Assembly: GCA_964016885.1 (NCBI GenBank)
Contig: OZ024747.1
Location: forward strand, 23,684,001 to 23,748,000
Direction of reading: 5' to 3'
Origin: Eledone cirrhosa
Taxonomy: Eukaryota
DNA: 64,000 nt
This document shows positions 47,901 through 60,790 of the stretch, piece by piece. Both the position numbers and the translations under genes were made by a program. The notes under the pieces are model-generated. The model searched no databases, was not told where the DNA came from, and saw nothing but the letters and a program-made list of their open reading frames with translations. The number at the start of each line of letters is the position of its first letter. The stretch's first letter is position 1.

Positions 47901-50900
47901 CTGCTTTCACATAGATAATACAATTTCATTTATTTCATCAGTTAATTTTTTTTTTATTTCAACAATTTTTTATCATTTTGCTATTTTAGTATCAAACATT
48001 GCAAGCAGTGAAAACACAACTGTGGCGCCAAAACCCACCTCAACTGTGGCGCCAAAACCCACCTCAACTGTGGCGCCAAAACCCACCTCAACTGTGGCGC
48101 CAAAACCCACCTCAATTGTGGCGCCAAAACCCACCTCAACTGTGGCGCCAAAACCCACCTCAACTGTGGCGCCAAAACCCACCTCAACTGTGGCGCCAAA
48201 ACCCACCTCAACTGTGGCGCCAAAAACCACCTCAACTGTGGCGCCAAAAACCACCTCAACTGTGGCGCCAAAAACCACCTCAACTGTGGCGCCAAAAACC
48301 ACCTCAACTGTGGCGCCAAAAACCACCTCATCTGTGGCGCCAAACACCACCTCATCTGTGGCGCCAAAAACCACCTCAACTGTGGCGCCAAACACCACAA
48401 CTGTGCCACCAAGTAACTTAACTACTGTCATTCCAAGTACAACACACATACCAATTCCAAAATCTATGGATCGATATATTGTGAATGGAACTAATGTCGT
48501 TTGTCTTGTTATGGATACTAAGATATCTTATGAATATTCTAATAAGGTAACATTTTTTTAAAAAATCTTAGTCTAATAAAAGTTGTCTTAAGGTGAAAAA
48601 GTGCTTATGTTTTGTTTAATTATTTGATTTTGTCATTAAGGCATACACTTTGGGTCAAAGACAGTTGATTAAATTATCTCTATACTTGACTGGTACATAT
48701 TTTACTGACCTTTCATTAGAATGAAAGGTGAAGTTGACCATAAGATATGAATTTCAAATATAAAAGAACATAACTAAATACTGTAGTGTTTTGTCCTACA
48801 GTCTACTGAATCTGCAATTCACATTAAAATATCTAAATTATGAGTAGTGATGAATGCTAAAATCCTATTTTTAAAATGCTCCATCTCAGAATCGATGTGG
48901 GAATCTTCATCGATTAACATCTATTTTCCATGCTAGCATGGGTTAGACGAGTTGTTTAACCGTGTTTTACTGTTTCTGGTTTGGTTTCTACTCTTCCTAA
49001 TGCCAAACACATTACAGTGCAGTCTGGGTGCTTTTTATCATGATACCAACATAACCAATTTACAGTGTGGACTGGGCACTTATTGTCAGGCACCAACACG
49101 ACCACTTTACAGTGTGGACTGGGCACTTTTTGTTGTTGCACCAAAATGACAACTTTGCAGTGTGGGGAATCATATAATTTATTTCATTACTGACTGTAAA
49201 AATCATAAAATTTGTTTTTTCAACTTTTCTTTAACTATTATACTTTTTTTCTGAGTTAATTTGGATATTGTATTTTCTTACAGAATGTTTCTGAAAAAGG
49301 GTCAATTTTGTCTAATGCTACATATACTGGCACATGCAATGAAACATCTGAGGAATTGTCAATTCACACATCAAAAGTTCATCTAAATTTGGTTTTTTCA
49401 AAAAATAAAACTTCAAAGTTTTTAAGCAAGATTTCATTATCACTTATGAAACAAAATTTAAGTAAGTTAAACTTTATTTACAAACAGAATGTTATAGTCA
49501 TGACAAACTATTTGAAGTTAAATTATTTTAATTTTTTTTTCTTTTTTTTTAATAGCCGAGTCCAAAAGCAATATGTCTGAGTTGGTGTTCAAGCCTGATC
49601 AATATTTCTTTTGTCAATCAAATACAAAGATAAGTTTTGAGAACTCCTCCATTACCTTCACAAACATAACTTTGGATATCTTCAGAAACGCTACAAATAC
49701 GTCTTATGTTGGAAAACGTGAGTATTTTTTTCTTCATAATACAAACATTTACAAATGTTTTGTAACTTGTCATGGAAAAAGCTGGCAGTAAAAATGATTG
49801 AAAATTTATGCCAACATGTGTGTAAAGAAGCTATTCCATTTTCTTAAATAATCAGAAGTGGCAATCTAATTATAGTGTTGATGCCATGACCAAAAGCACA
49901 CGGTTCACCCTGTAATATAGTATCAGTGGTGTTGTCAAAAAGCACCCAGTCCATGCTGTAAAATGGAACATATGAGAATGTCATCTGACCTGACTTAATA
50001 TTTGTAAACTTATCTAACCTATGCAAGCAAGGAAAATAGATATCAAATGAGTCAAAATATGAAAATTAAAGGTGATCTATTATAGAGTTTCTAGATAATT
50101 GTACTTAAATTTCCCTATTAATCTTTAGTTATATAGTAATTAATAATTTGTCTAAGATATTTAAATTACATTGTAATTAAAGTAGATTTTTTTTTCAGAT
50201 GTCTTTACATGTTAAATGAAATCTTGGATTTAGTCAGTAGTTTTATCATTTTTCTGTAGTGTTTTATGTTCATGTCTAAATTTTCCAAGTTTATCATGAT
50301 TAACCCTTTAGCATTTAAACCAGCTGTATCCAGCTAGAATTATTTCACGTCTTTCTGTTCACTGGTTGTAACTGGCCACTCATACTGATGTTAAGGTATT
50401 GTTCTCAATATAAATATCAATCTCATAGATTCAATATTGTGAAGTAAAGCCTTTACCCCGAAAATATAATATATATAATGTAAATGCTGAAGGGTTAAAA
50501 CATTTGTTTATATCTTGGATAGAGAATCCAGTTTTAGCTTAACATTCAACTGCTACAATGGTCTGGTATTATTTCTCTGGATAGAAAATGTGGAATTTTC
50601 TGATTATCTTTACGTTACTGAATATTTAACTATCAGGTTTTAAATAACTCACTCGTGCCCCAACAGTTAGATAATTGCTGAGAGAGAGAACACATTCTCA
50701 GATAGATTGAAGATGTAAGGTTCTAAATGTAGTAACAGTAATGCATCAAGTTTTAAATTATTGAAGTTTACTCTGAAATGATGTGACATTTCACTTCAAC
50801 AAAATTAGTTATTTGGTTGATTATCTTATGTAATATTGAAGTTTCCAAAAGCCTAATCAAAATTGATGGAATTTAATATTTTAGATCGGCAAAGAGTTTT

Positions 50901-51442
50901 TGAATGAATTTCTACACTTCATTGGGCACCATATATCTATTGCTTATTTCAAACCATTGGATGATGAAAACGTTTTCTTGAACCCTTTTGATACCAAACT
51001 GTCAGAAATTACCTCTGGTTATATGATAGAAAGCTGGGGCTTTTTTTTGTTTTAGTGTGCATATTTAACTAAAAACCTATCGGTTTCCAAACACCAGTTT
51101 CATAAGATAGTTGTATTACTAAATACTTCATTATTTGAAAACCATAGGCAGTATCTTTCATTGAAAATGTAACAAAAGGTTTAACACATTCAAAATATTT
51201 TAATATGGTTAATCAAGTCTTGTGTAAACTTGTGATTTAATGTTGACTGCTTTCTATTATGAGAAAATTTATACCTGTTGACATTTTTTTCTTTTCCAGG
51301 ATACATTTGTTCTGAAGATATGAAACCAAGTAGCATTGTTCCTATTGCTGTTGGTGCTGCCTTGGCTGGCCTAGTGATCACTGTACTTATTGCCTATCTA
51401 ATTGGTAGAAAGCGAAGCAGGAGAGGTTATGAATCCGTTTAA
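44969..51442 (+). CDS. LAMP-family lysosomal membrane glycoprotein, 358 aa: signal peptide, mucin-like repeat, single LAMP domain, TM helix, GYESV tail
   Basis: Exons 44969-45005, 47990-48546, 49284-49461, 49556-49717, 51300-51442 (1077 nt, phases consistent). MKCVLIIVAILL signal peptide; four LAMP-domain Cys (VVCLV, GTCN, FFCQ, YICSED); IVPIAVGAALAGLVITVLIAYLIGRKRSRRGYESV*. Confidence 0.92.
48019..48399 (+). repeat. Coding minisatellite, 24-bp unit x ~16 (TVAPK[P/T]TS)
   Basis: Unit ACTGTGGCGCCAAAA(C/A)CCACCTCA; 15 full units plus one 21-bp unit, within LAMP coding exon 2. Confidence 0.97.
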
Positions 51443-51509
51443 AAAGTAGTATAAATGTGTGTGTGTGTGTGTGTGTATTTGCATATGTGTATATATTTAT
51501 GTGTATACA

Positions 51510-51574
<65 letters not shown>

Positions 51575-53250
51575 GTATATTATGCATAAGAAACTTTTGT
51601 ACTACCCAATCTCGATACTTATTCTCTTTTCAAAATGTTCTTTTCTAAGATAGATATATGAAGAATACTAAATATCTTAGTTTGACACCTATCAAAACTT
51701 AATTGTTTCTATTCTATCAAGACTTGTTTTCCTCTTAGTTTTAGGTTTTACTTATTTTTCATTTCTTGCTCCAGCATTTTGATGCACACTAGAGAAGTCT
51801 TTATAGGTTATTTATTAATTGATTTATATTTATCTGGTTTTTAGCTTTATCTATCTAAAGATCATTTTTGATTGCACCAACATTGAAGTGAATATTGGTT
51901 TGTTTTAGAACAACCATAGAGAAAAGGCAAACTCAGAATTTGGATATTGAAACCAGCACTGTAGCATTATACCTATTTTATTACATGTAGAATGCATTGC
52001 CTCACTTTTTTCTTTTTTAAAAATAAATGTATGATCTACTTTGTATGATTATTTAGTTATCCACTATTTCAAAATCTTTAAGCTTATTTTTGCCCTTTGA
52101 TCGTCTATTGATAAAAATAAACAGTAAAGTTAAAAGGTCAAATTTCATCGACTTTTATAGATCTAGTTCGCCAAATAGGCAATAAACCAAGTACAGTGTT
52201 AGAAGGAAATGTATGGAAGGCTATTGCATTGGAAACTTATTTGGCCCATACTAGTATGTACCAAAAAGGGTAAATCTAATACTGATTTTGTCTATTTAAA
52301 TTTGGTTAATTTTGGTTTAAACTTATTTTGTTGGCATTCTATTTATGGATTCACTCTTTTAACAGGATAGTTTTCCAGAAATTACTTTCACTCAATAAAA
52401 ATTCACTTTCTGAATATGTCTACTACTATATTTCCTATTTAAATGTCTCTCTAGTGTGTTAGCAACTATCAATGTAATTTAAAATTTATTCTAATTTTGT
52501 CCTTCAACAATTTGTTAGAGCATGTGTGCATTGGTTGCGATGTATGAGAATAAGTTTAACTTTTAGTTCTTGTAAGTCTATCCCCAATCAATGTCTAAAG
52601 ATGAGTATGTTGTTTTACTGTTCCAAACTTGATGTGTTCGGGTGTGTGTACATGTACAAAGTTCAAGTATTTTTTTTTTTTTTCTAATTTTTAATATCAA
52701 TTATGATACTTATTATCAAAAAGGAAAATTTTGCTTTTCTAAATTTTATTCAGTGAGATTTGTTTCCCTAGATAACTTTTCTTCTAATTGTTTGCAACTA
52801 ATAATTTCCTCTCAATGCCTTAGGTTCTTCTATAATAAAAAAGGATTTTAGTTTACTTTTTATATTAAAATTAAGGTGTGTTTAGGGTGGGGTAAAATTG
52901 TATTTTTGAAGTTGGGGGTTTGTCTGCTAATACTGAAATTTAATCTTTATATAACTTTACAAAATGTAGTTAGGGTCTATTTATAGATATCTTTTTATTA
53001 ATAATACACGTCACAGTTTCAGGCCACAATATTCCTTCTCTATTTCCTCCCCATCTAATTTGAACTGAGCAGGATAAGATGTATAGAAAGTGAAAAGTAT
53101 ATGCCTCTATTTTGTTAATAAATTTTTATTATTGATATGTGTTGTTTTATTGAGTTTATTTATATTAGTTTGAATCCTGGTTTCTCAAATTTGTATTGAT
53201 ATAGGTGCAAGCATGCTAGAATTATTGCTTCCAGTGAGTGCAATGTTGAT

Positions 53251-53298
53251 ATGCTACATAATAGCTATGCTACATAATAGCTATGCTACATAATAGCT
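53251..53298. repeat. 16-bp tandem repeat x3
   Basis: ATGCTACATAATAGCT three times. Confidence 0.9.
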
Positions 53299-56200
53299 GT
53301 GCGTGTTTATACAAAGCCCCTTTCGGTAATGACTGATCATGCATTTACACTTGGAAAGTTCCTTTCCAAGATACAAGCCTGGGCAAAATGTTTTGTGGAA
53401 GACCAGCAGTACCCAAACATACAAGTCACTCCTCTCCATAATGCCAGTATTGTCGACTCATTTTTCCATCTTAATGAACTGAAGCAATATGAAATAGTGT
53501 CTTGCTCAAGAGTACAATGTACTGCCTGGTCTGAGAATCACTCACAGATCTTGTGTGTGAGTGATTCTCAGACCAGTCTCTCTCTCCCTCACAGATCTTG
53601 TGTGTGAGGGAGAGAGAGACTTAGAATTGCTGGTGAACTTAAGACACCAACGGAGTGATATGTACACATGCAAGTTGCATCCTCTTCTATTTCAATGAGT
53701 AGAACACAATTTGATGTTATGTACTCAATGTTGACCAATTTGCTATTACTTTTGCTCCTGTCTATGACAAGGTCAGAAACTTCATTAGATATAATATTGC
53801 ATGTTTCTGCTTGAAGAGATGACTAGAAAGGGCATCTGCTTCAAAAATTCCCATTCCACCTGTCAGCATGGAAAATCAATTTGAGATATTTTTTGCATAG
53901 AATAATGAAACTCAACACAATAGTTGTTAAAACAGCAAAAGTGTGTCAATGACAGCACCATGTAAAAATTACCTCAAAGGACAGAAATCAGTGGCTAGAA
54001 CTGATAGGAAGAAAATGACAAGATCACACTCACATCTTTCGACCTCTTCAGTTGTGACTAGCTGTGGTTTCACACAATTTAAGAGGACCACATGAAATTG
54101 CCAGCTTATGCAACAGAAAAAATAAACATTTCTGTAGGTATGATGTGCAATAAAACAAACAAATTAGTTAGACAGAGATAAGTGAAGTGCATCCTCTTTG
54201 CACCAAGGGGGGGAGAAAAGAAATACATATAATGAACATCTGTAGTTTTCGTTTACCAGATTGCACTCACTCAACATTGGTTAACCTGAAGCTATGGTAG
54301 AAGATGCTTTACAGTGATTGAATTTGGAACCTTATTATAATGCTAACTTCTTAGCAACCCATACCTGTGCTCTTTGGTTACTTTCAACTGTTTTGATATT
54401 TCAAGACAGTTAAGGTTAAGTAAATTGATCTTAGGATAGTTGTGAAGCCAATGAAATTGTACAGAATAAGTTTGCTATTTGTAGTGGTTTTATTGGGCTT
54501 ATTTCAGAAATTGTGCTGTATATTATATTAGTTCACAAAGAGAAAAGAAAAAAAAAAACCTTTACATTAGTGAGATTAACTCATTAATTGAAAGTTCAGG
54601 CATCATTGTTTAGTATCCATTTCCCTTGTTAGCAAGGATTGGATGTGTTATCACATTGGTCAGTAGTCAAGTGTAGCCACTGACTTCCATGTAAGCTGAG
54701 GGTCCCACATACGATTCTCTGCTCTACCAAGTGTATTTTATCATGGCACTCACACTAGGGAAGTTATCATTTCTTGGAAACAACTGAAGTATCCTCCCAA
54801 CCCTTTGTTTGGTAGGTTTTCTATGGCTGGTTGCCTTTCCTACTACAAATCACTATACAATACTATGTCAGCGGGTTGCCTTTCCTATTACAAATCACTA
54901 TACAATACTATGTCAGCAGGTTAAATTCAATTGAAAGTCCAGTTAGATGAATTTCATTGTTGCACAAGATTTAGTTCGGGTGATATCTCTGAGAACAAAA
55001 TTAGAAATTGTATTGTTTAGAATAGAAATATTTCTAGTTATCTATACTAACCCTAAGAAGGCTATCAACAGATTTAGCTTTTGAAAGGATTCTAAGGTCG
55101 AGGGGGGGGGGGGGGTACAAATTATAGGGAGCCAATCAACTTAGTTTTCATTAATGGCCATTAGGTGACTTTAAAGGAAAAGATAAATCCTGGAAAGGAG
55201 CTGGGCAATAGAAAAGAAAACATTGGCTGAACATTCCTTAGATACCAAATACGAAAACTGAAGGAGTATTAGTATTTAGTCTTTTAAACAAGGATTGATG
55301 ATGCTTGCTGTCTGTGTAACTTGAGTCTTATGCGGGGCAGTACAGATTCTTAATTAAATGTGGAAAGCCTTTTAATATTTTCTATGCCTGTTTAAAGAGT
55401 AGGGGATTTGATAAAATATTAAGCTCACCAACAGATGCAGAATGTTACAAACAATTGACCATAGTGTAATTGAGGAAACATTAGGCAACTGTAAGTGGAC
55501 AAACTTGCTATAAGTAATTAACTGTCTTTAACCATTTACTCAGAACATTTTGGCTAGTGTATATAATATTTATTGCTGTAGAGTGGGAATTTTGCCAAAA
55601 TGTGTAAAATACATTCAGAAAGGATTTGAACAAGTGCCATTTAATTAAAAGTTCTGACAAAAAACTTTGGTAAAACTTTAAGTCTATTTAACAAAGAAAT
55701 GGATTGTAGTCTTCTATAGAAAACTTTTTGTTTTTACTAAGGCAAACAGTCAGTTCCAAAAATTATATTTTTCTCCCAAAACTACCAAAACACATCTATT
55801 TGTATATCTACGTTAAGTTATCGCATATCAAAGTTTTTTTATATCTTGGTTGATATTTGATAACAGCTAAACAAATCATTACAACAAAATTAACCAAATT
55901 TGCTCCCCCCCCCCCCCTAGTTCAGAAATGCTTTCACTGCCCTTATGTAATATGTTGAATTAGGTCGGTACAGAGTGATACTAGAGGTAAAAATTAATAA
56001 CACCAAACCGATAGATTTATCTTGTCAGTTAAGTCAACAGACTAAAGGTTCCTTTAAATTGTTTGTGATTTGGTTAAGGGGACAAAAATGAACAGAACTA
56101 TTAGCAAGGTTAATAACATGACAGAATATATCTGACCAAATTAAAGTATCATTTATTACAGTTTTTGAGAAGTCAGATCTACCTTGATGAGGCTTAAAGT

Positions 56201-57879
56201 TGTTCTGTCATAATCAAATAGCAAACGCACACTGGTAATATATCAGTAAGTGACGAAGTACATATGTAAGTTTGTGAAGAATAATAGTATTTCTCCTACA
56301 ATAGATCAGCACAACTCCCATAGTGCAATGCACCCCCCCCCCCCACCTTCCCCGAAAATCAGCATGAAGCTTGTGCCCATCTCGCGTAAGAGCAAGACGT
56401 AGTCACCTGACCAATCTACCCTCAGCCCGTCTAAGCCATACAAGCATGGAAAATAGACGTAAAACGATGATGACAAGCGAAATAGGACAAGTACTTTCAA
56501 TGGCTGTATATTATGATTGTATTGTATGTAAACTAACTTGATTCAATGGTGTGTTTTTGGGGAGTTTTTTCTGTTTTATTGAAGATTATTGTTCACAATT
56601 TATATAACAGCGTAATGTCATTATATAAATGTGCATATCATCACCGTTTCAAATGTGTATTTAAAAAAACATAGGGCGGGATCTTTGAAACTAAAGTGGT
56701 GATTAGTGAACAGGTGTTCACATAAAACTAATGTATTGATTTTTATTTATTTATTTATTTATTTATTTACACCACTCATAAATTAAAATCAATTTGATGG
56801 CGTTTATTTTATTACAACTGTCTGTAATAGAAAATTACCAGAAAGATTCAGCTGTGATCAAAATAAGTATCTGAACGTTTCCGCCTGTTTGGAACGATTT
56901 TCAAATTCAGTTTCCTAGATGGGCTAACATTTTCAATCCACTCCAACTCTTAACGTCATGTTCTGCATGAAACCGCATTAGCAAGTCATTCTTGAAAAAG
57001 TATAAACCAGTACTATGACTGCATCACATTAAAAATTAACATCCTTATTCTAATATTACATGTTTTCACAACGGTATGTCAACTGATAAAGATGCTATAA
57101 ACAGTTGAATTAAGAAACCTGTCTTTTAAAGATAATTTCTGCTACATCATTACAGGATGTTAAGAGTTCATCAACGTTTGAGCTCGTTGCCACTTACAAA
57201 CATTGAATGTAAATATTTTATATCTTATCTCTGATGCCAGGTTTGACACCTGGCCCTTGTTGGTTTTAGTGGTGGTATCCACTCTATGGCAAACATTTAA
57301 ACCAGGTTTCTGGTCAGAGTATAACCGCTTCCTTTCCTTCAGGCCTGTCGTCAAAGTAGGGGACACTGGATGGCACTACTTTTCAATGGTGCACCCTCAG
57401 ATTTAGAGAATAGAGTTTATATTTTAAAAAGTCCTAAAGTACGTTCTTTACAAACAAGAACGAAATTGAATTTTAAAAAACAAACAAAAAGGTTTACCAG
57501 AGTAACTGGTAAAAAAAATTCCCTAGGTAATTGAAGTGACAACCGAGAATGTTGGCGAGCCTGCTTTCCTTCCAAGTTTCGTAGACCACGCAAAAGCGCA
57601 ATGGATTTTTACCCCCCCCCCCCCCCCCCTCACCTAAATAATAAATAACTTTGACATTGAAACAAGGCTGAGGAAAAGGAAAGTCGATTATGTCGACCCT
57701 GGAAAGATAAAAGGCAAAGCTGACCTCGGTGGGATTTGAATTTAGAAAATCATAATTAAATACCGCAAAGCATTTTGTCCGCTACTGCCAATCCACCGCA
57801 CTATTTAAAAATTGAATAACAAAAAATATCTTGAATTGTTAAAGTACTTATTCTATTGGTAATCTATTCAAGTATTGTT

Positions 57880-58196
57880 GTGAAGGAGCATGGCTTAGTG
57901 GTTAGGGTTTTCGGTTCACGATCGTAAGGTCGTTACTTCGATTCCTGTTAGCGCATTGTGTCCTTGAGCAAAACACTTTATTTCACATTGTTCCAGTCAG
58001 TTTGGCTGGCAAAAATTAGTTGTACTTGTATTTTAAAGTCTCGGCATTGTCACACTTCATGTCATGATGTATCTCAATGGGAATAATGTTAAGCGTACAC
58101 GTGTTTGTGGAATGCTGCTCGTTAATTTCACCAGCAAGTTGTTTTGTTGATCAAATCAACTGGAACACTCATCGTCAGAACCGACGGAGTTCCATA
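57880..58196 (+). mobile_element. Full-length tRNA-derived SINE
   Basis: A-box TGGCTTAGTGG, B-box-like CTTCGATTCC, GTGTCCTTGAGCAAAACACTTT body. Shorter relatives at 16051-16170(+) and 35528-35697(-). Confidence 0.75.
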
Positions 58197-58819
58197 AGAA
58201 AAAGAAAACAAAAGTATATTATAAAATGCAGAAGATAACACAAAACAGAAAGTCGAGACAAGCAGCATTTGTGAATGTTTTGTTTTGCGAATGTATCGAA
58301 TTTTACTCATCTCCTAACAAATTTATAGAATTCATTAGAAGAGATATCGAAATATTTTATCTCGGTAAATAATAACTATTTTAGTGTTTCTTAAAGATAT
58401 CCAGTAGAATTTATATCAATGTCAGGCACTCGAATTATGGAAGTATAATGAAGAAACAAATGATCTGTAGTAGTGTGTTAGACAAGTTCGATTAATTTCG
58501 TCTCATTTTTTAAAGTGCTCTGCAAAATGTGCTAATGATGGACCCAGTATGTAAAATAAATAAAGAACGTTTGTGTGAGACAGAGATAGAGGGTGGTGCT
58601 GGGAGGTGATAATTTATGACAAAATACGGAGACAAACGGCTGCTGTGGCTTCATCAATAGCTTCATCATCCCACACCTTCAGATCGATATCAGGTATTCG
58701 TGCCATTCTCTGCGTTATGTCTTTCGCGTTTTCTCTCTCTCTCTCCCTCTCTTACCCACTCTCTCATTCAGTCATTCTACTTTCGCTCCCTCTCTGTTTC
58801 TTTCTTGTGGTTTTACATT

Positions 58820-58850
58820 ATGGTTGATCATCGCCGAACTACTGCAACGA
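58820..58850 (+). CDS. Candidate first coding exon of an unidentified gene continuing beyond the window
   Basis: ATG GTT GAT CAT CGC CGA ACT ACT GCA ACG A followed by a consensus donor GTAAGT. It follows a CT-rich leader within a CpG-retaining region. No second exon recognised. Confidence 0.3.
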
Positions 58851-60143
58851 GTAAGTTAATTGTATTTCTATCATTGCTCCCTCCCATTTTTTTTTTATTT
58901 CGCGAAGAGGCATTTGGTATATTTTTGGTATTTGATCTGTATATTTGTTTTATATGATTAATCCAGTTAATTTCTATCAGTTAAGAAGACAAACTAATAA
59001 GGATGACAATGTCACTGATGATGCTGACAACAGCAAGGATGACAACAAAAAAAGTATATATAACATTGGATCATTAGAGTATTTTCCATGGATCATATTT
59101 CAGTTCGACATCTGCCGGCACATGACTAGTATTTTTAAGAGGGACACACGCGCACAGACACACCGAATCATTATATATACATACCATCGCCACGTTCATA
59201 CATCGTCATAATCTCCAAATATACACGCATCAACATATACAATATATAAACATACTTACTTGTCATATATATATATGTATGGACAAGTTTGATTTTCATT
59301 CACACTTATTCTTATTGTTTGTAGTTATCATTGAAATTAGTTTGGAAAAATGGCTGTATTCCACATCCAATCTTTCCAGCTGGATGTTTAGTAAATAAGA
59401 ATGACCACTTAAAGATTGGTAGTTCAAACATGTCTTTGGAAAGATAGATTGTCTTTTAACTGAAAGGAAATAAATCACTGATTATAAAGCCAGTTATCGT
59501 ATTTTTGAAGTATTTCAAGCCCAAGACATCACAAACACACATACCAAAACATTACACATATGAATGAGCCCCTGCACACTAGCTCGACTTGCTAGAAATA
59601 GCAGCTAGATTCCCTAAAATCGCACTCTATTATCTTTTTAAAAAAAGGAATGACACATTAATTGATGTAGTTCTATATACCCCCCCCCCACACACACACA
59701 AAAAAAGCAGGATGATCATGGCTAAAATGCCTTTGATTATAAGTCTACTCAACCATATTTGATCCGCAGCTAAACAACAACAACAAATAAATCACGCTTC
59801 AAAACAAGTTTCAGCGAATATATTGAAATAATCACAGAAATCTATGTGCTGTACTATATACATTTATACTATGTATTTACATTAGACTGTGTGTATAAAT
59901 ACACAGTTTTCAATAGTAGAAGTATATGAACACATGCATGTGTATATTAATTACACACATATTATTTATATGTGCGGACGCGCGCGTGTGTATACAATGC
60001 ATTGACGGCGTATTGGTTGAGTCGTTAGAATGTTGAATAAATTTCACCTCTCTGCACTCTGAGTTCAAATCCTGCTGAGCTCAGCTTTGCCTTCACCCTT
60101 TCGAGTTCGATGAATAAAATACTTGTTCTGTACTGGGGTTGAT

Positions 60144-60174
<31 letters not shown>

Positions 60175-60467
60175 AGAAGAAATCAGCTGTAGTTAGACCA
60201 GAAGAGGGATGGGGGCCATCAGGTTTAAATATCCAAGCTGATGCCCCTACAATTCCACCAGGAATTAAGCACAGATGGAGAGGTGGATGAATATACAATA
60301 TATTTAGTCATTAAACCTCTCAAATCCCGCCGAGGTTAACTTTGCCTTTCATCCTTACAGGGTCGATAAAATAAAGTACCAGTAATGCACTGGGATAATT
60401 GATGGCCTTGTGCCAAAAGTAGAAACAATTATCATTTATCTATTAGTCTATATTTCTATGAAAGTTA

Positions 60468-60790
60468 GTCCATAAGTAGTTTTGACCATTTCATAGGCTT
60501 CTGCAGCATTTTTACTGAGCTTGACACAAAACTTTATTGCATATCGAGCCTCCAAGTTATCCTGATGTCCTGACTGCATTGTGGAACCAGTCAGCTGTGA
60601 CAAGACGTGTATCACAAGTATAGTTTAAAGTGCTGTAGTGGCCCGAACTTTCAACCTAAAAAAAATAAAAAAAAGATTTGTCATGTTAGCTTATTATAGC
60701 CATATTAAGGATGTATTAGAGTGACAGTTACATAGGTCAATTAAAATTGCCTGAAAAGAAAAAAGCCTTAAAACTTCTTGAGTGTATCTA
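60468..60790 (-). mobile_element. Mariner transposon 5' remnant
   Basis: Minus strand from 60579 reads MQSGHQDNLEARYAIKFCVKLSKNAAEAYEMVKTTYG, the mariner transposase N-terminal HTH. Truncated next to a SINE. Confidence 0.75.

Noticed and set aside
48019-48399. Regular 24-bp repeats resembling a CRISPR array, and overlapping ORFs 47973-48449(-), 47981-48412(-), 47999-48421(+)
   Set aside because: Contiguous tandem units with no unique spacers, inside a spliced eukaryotic exon. The extra ORFs exist only because the unit lacks stop codons in those frames.
54829-54917. ~44-bp tandem duplication
   Set aside because: Simple local duplication within a decayed RTE 3'UTR copy; no further structure.
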